Made by a program: the position numbers and the translations under genes. A stretch of 64,000 bases of DNA from the human T2T-CHM13v2.0 reference genome, Homo sapiens. The stretch lies in assembly GCF_009914755.1 (NCBI RefSeq), contig NC_060928.1; one strand, 5' to 3'. This document shows, one piece after another, positions 15,495 through 29,100 of the stretch. Numbering within the stretch: the stretch's first letter is position 1; each line of letters begins with the position of its first letter. Below the pieces are notes generated by a model. It searched no databases and was not told where the DNA came from. It saw only the letters and a program-made list of their open reading frames with translations.

Positions 15495-16594
15495 AATAGC
15501 TACTATTAAGATAGAGTTGTTAATTAGTGATGGACATATCCATGAAATACAGACACTACCTCCAAGCAGCTTATAAGCTTATGATGTTTCCTTGATTCAA
15601 AGTCAAGAAACATCATAATACTCTTACTGTAGGGTGTATTTACTCTGAGACTTTGGAATCCAAAGAGCATCTATAGATACCAATTATGTTGATAATGTGA
15701 CTTCCATTATCAACACTTGGATCTTAAACACTTAGAAGCACATTCCTAAGTATGCTAAAGGCCCACTATGTTCCTGCCTGCTCAGTCAAGATGTCATCGT
15801 ATTTTTAGACCTAACTCTGCTTTTGGAGAGTCCCAATAAAGACCCAGAACTTGAGGAGAGGTATCACTGTAGAAACCCTTTCTAATCAGAAGAAAACACT
15901 GTCAGAAAGAATGATGAGAGGGTGCTTAGGCCTGAATGCGTGCATTTGAATGGACCTCATCCTGCTTCCTGCTCTTTGCAGTTGGTGGCACAAAAGCAGT
16001 TAGCAATTATACAAATGAAAGAAAGATGAGAGGGAGGGAGACGGCTCCCGCTTCTCCTTATATTTTACAGCTTCTCTTCAGTTTAGTCAATTTCAGTATC
16101 TCATCAGACTAACCTTTCTGCCAAACTCATTGGTTGTTAGTATTTTTGCTTCTGTTATTGTTAATTATTAAAAGGAGTTAAATCTCATTAACTGATTTAA
16201 AATTGTACACTTATATACAACATGATAATTTTCTCCACAGATTTTAAAATGTAAGAAATTAATGTAGTCATGGAAACAGTTTATCTCCTTCTCTTAATAT
16301 TTTATACATGCCGTGAGTTTTTATTTTATGGGAAATTAAATTATATAAATTGGAAAGTTAGCAAAATAAAAGAATAATATATTTCCAGTTTATTTCAAAA
16401 ATTAGAAATAGTTTTAACTTCTAATATTAAATATGTATAAATAATAGCATAATGTCAAAGTTGAAGGGCCAATTGAATAATAAATTATGTTATTTCTACA
16501 AAGGGATGTCTTTTTAGAAAGTAAGTGAAAATAGTTACCAACTTTGTCAATATTTGCATTGAATTATGAGTTTTCAACTAAGTGAGATCATTAG

Positions 16595-16939
<345 letters not shown>

Positions 16940-17150
16940 TGATAAAGACTAGAGAAATGTTCTCTGTTATGTACGCCTTCCATCTTTTGCTTTCTACTTT
17001 TGCCTGGCTCAGGGTACATACTAAAAAAAATTTCAATGGAATGTTGAATGCATGAGTAAATAAGTTGGATATATAACGAAAGTTGGAGAAAGATTTGGTA
17101 ATCACTCAGTGGCTTCCTCCTGTTGCTCCCTGCCTATCCTAGCTTTTTCT

Positions 17151-17171
17151 TTTTTTTTTTCAAATTTCCAT

Positions 17172-17203
<32 letters not shown>

Positions 17204-17635
17204 TTTTATTATACTTTAAGTTCTAGGGTACATGTGCACAAAGTGCAGGCTTATTACATATGTATACATGTGCCATCTTGGTGTGCTGCAGCCATTAACT
17301 TGTCATTTACATTAGGTATATCTCCTAATGCTATCCCTCCCCCCTGTCCCCACCCCACAACAGGCCCTGGTGTGTGATGTTCTCCTTCCTGTGTCCAAGT
17401 GTTCTCATTGTTCAGTTCCCACCTATGAGTGAGAATATGCAGTGTTTGGTTTTTTGCCCTTGCGACAGTTTGCTGAGAATGATTCACAATAGCAAAGACT
17501 TGGAACCAACCCAAATGTTCAACAATGATAGACTGGATTAAGAAAATGTGGCACATACACACCATGGAATACTATGCAGCCATAAAAAATGACGAGTTCA
17601 TGTCCTTTGTAGGGACATGGATGAAGCTGGAAATC
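17151..17635 (-). mobile_element. Short L1PA4/5-like insertion with 5' inversion and (TA)n tail
   Basis: Antisense 3' UTR about 17203-17483 joined to sense ORF2 tail 17482-17633; TSD cctagctttttct / cctggctttttct (17138-17150/17636-17648). Confidence 0.92.
17178..17202. repeat. (TA)n microsatellite
   Basis: About 12 TA units in the L1 tail. Confidence 0.95.
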
Positions 17636-17731
17636 CCTGGCTTTTTCTAGTGAGAAACCACCATGGAAAATCCAGGAACTCACAGTGTGCCGCTTGCAAG
17701 CTCTGATTTAGTAAAAGAGTAACAGGAGAGC

Positions 17732-17972
17732 CTAGTGATGAGAGGGCATGCTCTTTGGAACCAGAATGCCCGGGAACAAATCCCTGCTAGGTAATTTACT
17801 AGCTCTTGTAATAACAACAGCAAAGAATTAGAAACAGTAATGAGCCTCAGTTTTCTCCTCCTTAAAATGGGAGACAGTTGTGGTATCTACTTCATAGAGT
17901 TATTATGAGAATTAAATGGGCCAAAATATGCAAAGCCATTAGAACATACATAACATTTTGTAAATGCTTTGG
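17732..17972 (+). mobile_element. MIR
   Basis: gagcctcagttttctcctccttaaaatgggag...tacttcatagagttattatgagaattaaatg. Confidence 0.8.
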
Positions 17973-18631
17973 AGATGGTGGTTGTTGTTGCTGCTGGTGG
18001 TGGTGCTACTGCTGTTTTTGTTGTTAAAGAAAATTGCAGTTTAGGAAGGATAGGAATAAACTATCTAACAGGCTGCCTTGTTTGGTCTCCAAGTGATAAA
18101 CAAAAAACAGGGATCATTTTTTTTACTTCAACCTGCATGAAGAATTAGTTTTACCGAGTGGGAAGTTTGGGAATTATATATTTTTTCTTTCATAATTCTA
18201 AGAGGGAAGAATGGGTTTAAAAATTACTTAAATGAGAGACTGGTGATTTTTTAAATGTTCATCATATTTAGTAGGCTACTTTACTAGTCAAATTTTTATA
18301 TTTGTTTGCTAGAAATAAATTTGCATATAAAGCCTGCTTTTGAGCCTCTCAATGAATCATACCTAAAGAAACCTCCATGCAGGTTTTGAGCCATAAAGAA
18401 GGCACCACCTAATGGCAGAATGTTTTAATTGCTAGTACAAAGCTAAACAGAAACAATCAGCCTTTAATGTTAAGCTTGCAAATGGAAATAAAAAGATAGC
18501 ATTCATTACAGCAACATCCATTTATATATGTAAACCTTGGTTCCATGTAAATGAGCCTTGAGGCTTAGCAGGACTAGAAAACAATTGCAGATTATGAATA
18601 TGATCATTGAATGTGAGGACCTTCCTGAGAC

Positions 18632-18845
18632 ATCATAGTGTTAATACCAGAATCCAGTCTGCCAGGGTTCAAATCTAGACTTTACCTCTTATTAGCTGTT
18701 GAGTTGGCCTTAAGCAAGCTATCTAACTTTATGTCACACATTCCTTGTCTGGGACCTATGTCAGGGTTATTGTAGATTAAGTAGCTTATAACATTCTTAG
18801 AATAGTATCTGATGTAGAATAAGTACTATGTAAATGCTTATTAAG
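18632..18845 (+). mobile_element. MIR
   Basis: ctgccagggttcaaatctagactttacctcttattagctg...agcaagctatctaac. Confidence 0.7.
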
Positions 18846-19623
18846 TGGATGAATAGAATTACTTTATGTACTTCAATTCAATGAAGTTCATAAGAAGAAA
18901 CCAAAACCATCTTTTAAAAATGTATTAGTGATTTACTGCGTGTTTCAAAGTCAAGGCTTCGAAAGGTACCTCAGTTTTGTACCTTTGCGTTGTAAGGTGT
19001 GACTTTATGTTGTCCCAAAAGCCAATGCCATAGGCAGAAAAAAAAATGATTAAGAGCATCAGTTTTGTGGTGTCAACCACACTTTAAAAACCCTGGCTTT
19101 GCTACTCAACAGTTACATGACCATAGACATATTCTTATGTTTATATATTACTTATATTATTTAAACCTATTTTCTTATTTTCATTCATTTGTAAGCACTG
19201 GAAAATATTATCCCTTACTTTAATCATCCTTTTTTACTTTCTAGCAAATTCACTGTCTTCTTTTCCATTACCCAAGTGACTAAGTGTTGCCATCTTTGAT
19301 ATTTTAAAATATAGGCCCAAAATCTATTGTAAATTGTTTTGTATTAAATAGTTCTAAATTTTATTATGTATTAAACAGCAAAACGCTAACATTATGTATG
19401 TCTGATAAATATTTTATTTTCTTGTTTTTGTTATCCCTGATTCAATATTTTCTTCTAATCGTTGATACTATGTTAAGGAAAGATGCATGCAATTTTATGT
19501 AAAATGAGTGCTCTAAAAACAGAAGTACAACTTTGAGAAAATATTAAATAATAATCTAACTCTTTTTCACCTTCTTTGTGGTACTCTCTTTCTGGAAGAA
19601 GTAACAACTGTAGTTATGGAGAC

Positions 19624-19913
19624 TTTTTTTTTTTTTTTTTTTGAGACGAGGTCTCGTTCTGTTGCTCAGGCTAGAGTGTAATGGCTCACTACAGCCTCAA
19701 GGTCCCGGGCTCAAGCAATCTTCACACGTCAGCCTCCTGAGTACCTAGGACTACAGGTACACACCACTGCACTTGGCTAATTTTTAAATTTTCTGTGGAG
19801 ACAGGGGCTCACTATGTTGCCCTGGTTGGTCTCTAACTCCTGGGCTCAAGCATTCCTCCTGCCCTGGCCTCCTAACGTGCTGGGATTACAAGAATGAGCC
19901 ACTGTGCCTGGCT
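19624..19913 (-). mobile_element. AluJ
   Basis: J diagnostics acagcctcaa, gggctcaagcaatc, actatgttgccc; poly(T) head. Confidence 0.93.
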
Positions 19914-21809
19914 GAGCCTAGTCATGAAGTCTCATTTAGATTGGTTAACTTCATAGGAAATTAAAACACTGAAGAGAAAGTAAGCTTTTATGAATAAACA
20001 CATATTTTATACATCCCAAAAGAATGCCTTCTGTTTATATGAACAAAAGCTTCATTCCTAATTATACTTCAGTGCTCTTTCTGTCTCTTTTGCATAATAT
20101 CTAACTTGCAACTTTCTCAATGACATAAGTGTTAGACTGTGTCATTTTGAAAATGGGTACTATGATCAACTCTTACCAGTAGTTTTTGTAGAAGATGTTT
20201 CTGTGGTGAAATTTGGGTAAATTGTTCAAATTTAGAAACCTTGATAATATAGCCTCATTTCTTCCACAGGCAGTCTGGGTAAGGAAAATCTGCTTTGGGA
20301 TTCTCAGTGAATGTGCAAGTTAGTGTTTAAAAGACAACTTAAATTTCCTTCCTTAAAAGAGGTGTGAAGGAGTGAGTTATTGAAGTTGCAATCTGCAGTT
20401 TTGATATTCATGTATAAAAAGGGGCAGATGTTCTTTTCTGGTAAATCATTCCCATAATACATTTGCCCTGTATTCAGAGATGCATATGCTTACTGCTAAG
20501 TCATGGCAGAGATTTCAGGAAAACATTGATTAAACTCCACTGGTGAGCAAAGGAGAAAAAAGATTAGTCACTTAGAATAGAGTATTATTCTTTCAATCTT
20601 CTTTTAGCCTCTCTTCTTTTACAAACTGTGTTTAATTCATACTATTAAGCCTAAAATGAACTGCCATTGTAATGTGTTTTCAGATATGCAAAATTATATA
20701 TATATAAAATATATCTAGGAATGTTCTTAGGGATTTGATACAGACAAACCCCTGAGAACATTTCTAGACCACATTTTTAACATTTAACTTCACTCATATT
20801 TTTAGATTCTCATAACTTCTATATACTGTATATTTCTTTGAGATGTTAAAAAGAAAATAATAGTTAACAGATTCAAAATATGCTTTTATAACCAAAACAC
20901 AGTTGAGTCAATTTTTTCAAACTGAAGTTAACTGTAGATGTAGTCTGAGAAGTCATTTGTACTGATTAGCTGTGTATAAATAGAAAAAAATTGAAATGTA
21001 GGGCTATTTACTATATATATAAGTATATAGGGAATTAACAGGACTGTCTTCAAAATGAATAGAGATTAGTATATTACTAAGTAGGCATATGACAAGTATG
21101 TAGATAGATGAATAGATAATTGAAAAAATTATGCATATATTGTGTAGTGTGCATTTTATATGTATAAATATGTGTGTAAAGCATATTTTTTAAAAGAGAA
21201 TTCTTATTTTGTATAGGATTTTAAAAAGCAGTTAGGAAGATTTGCCATGGATGGGGACAGTTTGGAAAAGTGGAGGGTTTACAACCCTATGGAGTTTTAT
21301 AAATTATCTAGTTCTACCTCCATAATTTTAAAGATAATAAAACTGACATGTACAATTGAGTTATATGTGATGACTAAAATAGTTTGATTTTAATATAGAG
21401 CTATTAAGCCATAGAGAGTGGGGTATGGAGATTAGAATACTTCGATTGTTTAATAATAATTTGCATAATAGTGATTTGTATATCACATTTAAGAGTCAAT
21501 GATCATACCAGTTCCCATTCATTAATTCAATATTAAGTTCTTGAAAAGAGCTCTAAAAGAGTTAAATAAACTTTGAAACATGATACTTAACTAGAATAAA
21601 GCATAGTTGGAGCAAAGTGTGGCTGTGGTTTATGGAAGTAATTGCATGAGACAAAGAGACAGAGGTTCTGCTATATAATTACGTGGTCTTATATCAGCAT
21701 CATGATGATGATGGATACTGAAAGACAATGAGGTCAGAGTTAATATAAAGGATGATTTTCCACCTCTTAGAGATTACTTCAGTATTACTTGAAAGAAAAA
21801 TCAAAGATT

Positions 21810-22245
21810 ATTGCAAGGTTTTAAGTCTGAGTGGAAGGGCTAACTGTATAAGAATAAGGAATCTCAGAGGAAAGCTAAAACATGGGATGATACTTTAGCT
21901 TTAAACTTTTTTTTGAAAGATTACAGGTTGAGTACTTGTGAAAATTCTTCCTACTTAATTCATGAGAGGAATCTATGTCATGAGGCGTAAAAATTTGAGG
22001 GATTATTCTGGGAAGTCATCTACAGACAGAGGGTAGTTGAATCCAGGAGGGAAAATTATCTTCAAGGTGTAGAGAAAATGGGCCAGATTACTTTGGCTGG
22101 GGCCTGGGCTATGTTTATAAGTCCGAGGTGATCAAGAAGAGGAATCTGAGATGGAGGTAGAAAAATGATATCCAGAAACTAACAAAATAAAACCAGGAAA
22201 ATCAGGGGAAGTGTTTCAAGAAAGAGGGGATGACAAGTTGTCTTA
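21810..22245 (-). mobile_element. Decayed L2 fragment
   Basis: aaggttttaagtctgagt...gggtagttgaatcc...aagtgtttcaagaaagagggga. Confidence 0.5.
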
Positions 22246-23168
22246 CAAAGGAATGAATGAGTACTTCAAAAACACCTGCTCTTTTTCATATTCTAGATAA
22301 ACACCTCTCTTCTCTCTCCCTCCTGCTTTCTATTCTGATTTGGAAAAGGGTCATATAGAAATGGATGTTTAATAAAAAACATTTTGACAGTTTCAATTGG
22401 AAAATTTAGGCTTTCTTGAGTAAATTCTTTATATATGTTACATAAACTGTTTGCTGACATCTTTTTTTTTTCTCATGTGGGGATTTTAAATATTCATCCC
22501 TCCCCTGCTCCCCATTGGAGATTTATATTGTCGTTGAACTCAGTCATATAAAGTATTTCTTGTAACATTTTCCTTCTCTTACCAATTTAATTATTAGTTT
22601 CATAATGGCAAAATAATAACGAAAAATGATTTATTTTTGTCCCTGATTCACAGTTTTGAATATTAATAATACTGTTAGTATACTTCAAGAGATTTGTCAA
22701 AGTTCTGACACTTACTGCAGTTTACCATTAAGAATCTATCTACTGTGTAAGGAAAAGAAGTTGTCTAAGAGGAAACTGTTCCTATTTTCTGTTCTTTATA
22801 GTAGAAGTGTATGGCCGTTAATTAGTGATATCATTGTAAAGAAAAATTACATTGAGGTAATGCCCAATGTAAATAAAGTGAAAAATTTTACTTCAGTATG
22901 TGCTATGTTGTTGTTAATTGAATAACATATCTCTTCCAGGTTTTTCAAATATGCACTATTAACTTAGTATCTAATCATAAATATGTATTTTGGGCCAAAA
23001 TATTATTTATTTTTGACTTTTAGATAAATCTATACCAAGAAATAATTTTTTAAAATGTAATACTTTCCTTTAAAAAGAAAGTATTATAAAATAGTTAATG
23101 TATGCTAGCACTATAGTTATCATTTATTTATTGAGAAACTTTTGGTTATAGTGTCTACCCCACCTAAA

Positions 23169-23272
23169 ATAATTTCTACTTAATTTCTTTTGACATCCAT
23201 AATTTCTATAGAAATATAGATAAATATTGATAAATTATCTATGGATGTCAAAATAAATTAAGTAGAAATTAT
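23169..23272. repeat. Near-perfect inverted repeat (33-bp arms, 38-bp spacer)
   Basis: 23169-23201 ataatttctacttaatttcttttgacatccata matches the reverse complement of 23240-23272 at 32/33 positions. Confidence 0.95.
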
Positions 23273-25869
23273 ATATGTGTCACTCCATTTTAACATATAA
23301 AAAATCATTTTGGGCAGAAGATTCTGACTTATTTCAGAATGAATGAAGAAGAAATTACTTTTGTGATTTGTTTCTCCTCCAAAAATAATTTTGAAGTTAT
23401 TTGGTGACATTTTTGAAATATCCAGCTTTGGTACCTGACATGGAATATGGATTCTAAGGGACTAAGCTTGACTCAGGAAAAGATGCTTGTCTTTAAAAGT
23501 TATTTTAACAAGTGATCCCTGATTGGTCAAGATTTGCATTAAAAAATCAACAGTAAATAGTGATGGTTCCTTGATACTATCAATTATTCTTAGCCTACTA
23601 TCTATTAACTTTGTAGACTCGTAGATACAGAAATAATTCTTGGTCAAACCTAAGATAATTTACTATTGATACTCATTTGTTGAGCTTAATAGTCAATAAT
23701 TCTTTGAAAGTATATCATTCATTACTCATGTATAACATGTTTCAGCAACTTGACATTTTTTTTCTGACCCTTCCACATATTTTGTTGCCTCAGTAATATA
23801 CAACCTGAAAAACTATATGCAAATATCAAACATGTTTTCCCTTCAACATGATTCTCCCGCAAAATCCTATTTTTAAAATGATGCAAACAACCAAAACTAG
23901 AAAAAGGAAAAACCTATTAAATACTGATCCAAGGCAAACAATAACCCCAACTCATCACTATAAATATAGATCATATTCCGTTGGAAGTGTTTTTTGCTTT
24001 ATCATTCCAAAGATATACTAGCACATTGAACTCATTATGAAGAAGGTCAAAAACAAAGAATACTTTTTCTAATGCCTGCCCTTGACTTAGCATGTTAGGA
24101 AAATGAGCCTATACAAAAGGGATGAGGAGCTGATCACAATGCCTACCTCTCCTGAAGGCATACAACCACCAAATACAAGAGTGGACATGTGAATAAACAA
24201 ATTTCATCTTGAAGGAAGACGGTGTTAATTAACATCTTACAATGTATAATTTTCTGAATCAATTCTATTGCATTACTTCAAATGATTTTATTTAAATGTG
24301 AGCAGAAAATTCAGGGGACCTAACCAAATTTTCATATAGGGCAGAATACTATTTCATTGAATAAATATTAGGGGAACAGTGGGATAAAAATAGAGTTGGG
24401 CCTTTATTATGCTGCAATCATGCTTGTTCAATGATACCTTTTTTAAAGAAAGTGTATTTCATCTCAGCTATTTTATTATATCTGTTCCAAGGAGCATACC
24501 CATGAAGTTTATTAACAAATTGATTTTCTTTCAAATAGCATAGTTTTCATTTAATCTTTCTCATTTTGTCTCATTATTTGCAGTTCGATTAGTCAGATTC
24601 ATTATAGCACTGTAACTTAGAAACATGTTTCATTCAAAGAAAAGCTTATGATAAGAAATACAAAAGAATCAGTAAAATATTTACCCAAATAGTCTACTTT
24701 TTTTCCATTCTAAGTGCTTTTCAGGGAATGAGAAAATTAGTGTAGTAGTTTCTAATATAGGAAATTATTTAATATTAAAAAAGATAGTCATCTTTGTATT
24801 TAATTGATTAAGATACTTAAAGGCTCCATGTTATAGCTGCTAAAGCATGGGGTCAGGAAACCTAAGCCTTAACTCAAAAGTCTGGAATTACAAAACATGA
24901 CGAAATATTTCTCCATTTTGTAAATTCTGACTTTGATTCTGGGCAAATTGCTTAACCTCTCAGTGATGGTGGTTTCTTATCACTTACCGCATTTGTGTGA
25001 ATAGAGACTTTCTTTTAGAACAACTATGTGATACCCATAATTCTAATTCTTTACACTTGGTTTTGCATTAGTTGAAGGGAGTTTAAGTTCAGTATTTAAT
25101 TTTGTCACTATAACAATTTACAAGAAAAAGAATAATTTTTTTCTGTATGTAACTGAGACAGATTTATATATTTATGAAATTGAAGTTGGTGTTTTGGAGC
25201 TAACAATGATATAGTGTCATCCTAATTTAATTAAACCTAGTACTAGTCTGCTGGCATTCTATCAGTATTTTCTGCCATCCATTCTTTTGTTTATCTAATT
25301 ATATGTCATTATTAAGAGCTCATATCCACTGTGAGCAGGACACACTAGCACAAATTAAGTTCAGTGATAGAATTGCCTTATATGATTGTATGTTTTTTAT
25401 GACCCCTGTGGATTTTATTGCTGGACTATGTGACTAAAGTATAAAACTTGTATTAAAATAAAATTAATGTATTTTTCCCTGATGCATAACCTATATACTA
25501 ATTGTTAATTATTTTTTCTTTTCTAAATATTGGTAAACTATACAAGAATATTACTGTCATAAAAATTTCAAATATTGTCATTAGTTCTCTTTAGAAGAGA
25601 GTTACATCTGTGCAACCAAACATAGTGTAAATAAAGCAAGAGAAATTCTGCATTATATTAAAAACTACATCTGATTTGAAAAACCGATGCACATCTTTGG
25701 TTGAGACTCTCTACAAACCTGAATATATAATTTCTCATACCTAATGCCTTTACATATTATTTTTTTCCCAAAGTGTAGTGTATTTATCCTCATGAACAGT
25801 TTCCATCTAGCTAACTCTGAGGAAGACAGGACTTGATTCAAGCTTCCCCATCTCCCTCATCCCATTCAG

Positions 25870-26104
25870 ACTGACTTAGCTGCTGCTTCTCTGTGTTCCC
25901 AACTCCTCTATACTGTTGTCTCAATTGTGGTACCTACTACGATATATGAATGTACCTGTTTTAGTTTATTATCTTTTCATAATTTGATAAACTCTTTGAA
26001 TATGGAACCATGTCTTATTCATTTTTATATTCCAGTGCCTAGAACAATGTTTGCTATAGAAGCAGACACTCATTAAATGTGTGTGAAAGGATGAATGAAT
26101 AAAT
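25870..26104 (+). mobile_element. L2 3' end
   Basis: accatgtcttattcatttttatattccagtgcctagaacaatg...acactcattaaatgtgtgtgaaaggatgaatgaat. Confidence 0.8.
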
Positions 26105-29100
26105 CAACAAAGATTTTTATGGTTGTTTTATTAAGTCTTAGTAATCAGAGTTTGGAAGTGTTAGCATCATGAGCTGAGAGAGTCAAAGTCTTTTTCCTAG
26201 ATGAATTTAAATTTTATGATATTGAAGCTTGATCTACTTTAATTTTTTTCACTGACTTCTCTTAAACAAGAGAGCAGCTTCTTTTGAACTTTCTTTCCCT
26301 ACATGTTACTTGTGTAAGTGAAAGCAAGATTAACATACCTTTTAACTTCTTGGATGTAAGTCCTATAAGGATTGAAAATATACATAGAAATAAATTTATG
26401 ATTTTATTTCTTTTATACTTTAAAACTATTACATGGGATTAAAACTTGCTTCTACTTCAATCAGTATATCAAATTTGTATATATATTTAGGTATATTTTA
26501 AAAAATGAATTACATCAGGATTTATGAAATAATTACTACTTGTATACAATTAGCATGACACATGTTGTGTGATAATGTATATATGGGGAATAAATTCTCA
26601 TTAAAACTGATTAATATAGAGAAGCTCACTTAACAGTAAAATCTAATATAATTGCTACTAAAAACATTGCATGGCAATTTTATTTTTGGTAGTATGGAAG
26701 ATTTTTATAAACATTACATATCAAGAATTCCCACAGTGAATAGTAAAATTTATCCCTCATTAGAGATCCATGTCTAGTCTGCATTAAAAATTGGCAGTAT
26801 ATGAACATTCATGTTTATAAGGCAGATTAATTAAGATGTGTTTGCTTTACAAGAGGATGTTTTGTGCTTTAGAAGATATTTCTTACCTATCTAAATTCCC
26901 TAATGCCTTTACAAAACACATGGATTTTGTTTGAAATACCACACACAAAAATTTCAGATATCCATCTGTTGTATCACAAAGATGCATGATTTAACATAGC
27001 CCAGGAGATTCATCCAAAATAGGCCTATTTTATTTCTTGAAAATAGATATGAAGTAGAAAAAGGGTATACATTTTCAACTTTAACACCGAAAAAAATGAG
27101 AATTATTGTACATAATTGTAAAATTTTAAAACTACCAACATAAACCAAAAAAAGTGTATTTAACACAGGCACAAGAATTAGTTTTTTAAAAAACTTATTT
27201 CAATTTCACAGGTTTAATAAATCACTACAGGCCTAGTGAAAGACTGGGTTTAATCCAAGAATATATTAAATATACATCTCCATTTAAAAAAATTTGCTTT
27301 CATGGAAATTTTATGTAGCAAATATACTGAATGTATATTCCAATATACGGACTCTTGATTTACACTCATTGTTATTACTCACAGGGGAAAAAAGTTATAG
27401 ATAAGTTAGTATGAGACTTATGTATATATTTCTATCTAAGATAAATTTTTTGTATATAAAGTTTTAAGGCTGTCATTTTCTAATAATAAAAGTAATGTCA
27501 ATTTATCGTTCATAAGTTTAGGAAATGCATAAGATTTAACAACTAAAGATGCCTCTGTTAACTCCCTGATGAGTAGGAGGCTACTTTTCAATTTTCTATT
27601 TTACTTACACAAGAAAATTAGTAAATTTAGAAGAGGAAACACAACCATAACCTCAACAAACAAGGCAAACTTAATGACTGTCCACCTTTCAGAAACTTTT
27701 ATGCTTTCTTCTGTCTCTCCATTTGTCTATGTATGTGTGTAATACAGGCTCATAATATATGGATTTTTATGATTCTCTAATGATAAGAATTTCCAAATAT
27801 GTGTCAGTGTTCACATTAAATTAGAAAAAATATTTCTGCAGCTTATTTATCATAAAATAAATAATCATAGAAGTCAGAGAATGTTGCAAGAATGAAGTTA
27901 TATGGTCTATAAATTAGATAAAATTCATGTGATTTGATTTGTTACAAGATAGTAATAGTTTAGAATGGCAGCATATAAATTATTTAAAGATGTTTTACAT
28001 ATTCTGTTAAAGAATAGAGTAGATGAGAATAGACATTTTCATGTGAATTTTATTGAAGAAAAGCTTAGTCAATTGAGGTAAGAGCAACTATTCTGTCACA
28101 AGTTTGGGATGATCAGATATGCTACATTTGTTGTTTACTATGTAACACTATGTACTTAACAGCAAGCACTCAACAAAAATCTATATTAAAATAAAGAAAA
28201 AAATAAACCTGGGATTGAAGATACAGGGCCTGGATGCAGAAACTTGAAGTGGACAGGATTGGTTTTTCAGGATTTTTTTTTTCCACCCAGGAGGCAAGTA
28301 GAACCACAAAAGCAACAATGTCTAAGAAAATGCCTTATGACAAAGACAATTTATTTTCTGTTGGGAAACAGCTCTTTGTATTTGACTCAGTCCCTGTTTC
28401 TATCATCATCCCTGGACAGCAACAAACAGAACTATGTATCATCGCATACAAAGTACAATCAGAGAAATATGGTTGGCCAAAGAGCTCTGTGCTTTAGAAT
28501 TTGAATCTGTAAATACTCCACAAATCCCTGTGATAGTGGTGGAATTCTGAATGCCTATGATTCAGAAATTACCAAGGGCACTATATGGATAAAATAAGTC
28601 CAGGAAATATGTGAAAAAAATTGAGAGATCCTGAAAAATATAATCAGTTCTACTATTCAGGAGATTGTACTTCTACTTCAAAACAGGTTCCTGTAACCGT
28701 AGAGACCATGTGCCAAATAATCACCTCCCCTCGTTTGTCATTCTGCTGCAGGTGCATTTCCTCAGAAAGGCCACAAGCTTAAGTATTATCATTCACACAG
28801 AGATCAATTTATTTTGACAGCAAAGTGTTGCAGGCACAAATTTGCATTTGCAGTATGGTAATTTTTTAAAAACTCTATGAATTGGAGATTTTGAGTGCCC
28901 TCACTATTTTTACTACCTTTTATGCTTGTTGCTCCTGAAAAAATAAAAAATACAAGAGAAATGTCCTCAATTCCTTTATTAAGTATTATACAGTTATATT
29001 TATTTTGCAAAATTGCTTTATAGTTAATACAATATTTTCCAACTCAGAATGTTTCTACCTCCTGGAAGGATAACCAAGAATGTACTGACTGGTCATGACT

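Noticed and set aside
15960-16060. Acceptor-like cctgcttcctgctctttgcag as an exon start
   Set aside because: No suitable donor or coding frame seen downstream
28234-28504. Overlapping 86-87 aa ORFs in unique sequence
   Set aside because: No recognisable protein motif or convincing splice boundaries; the length is expected by chance
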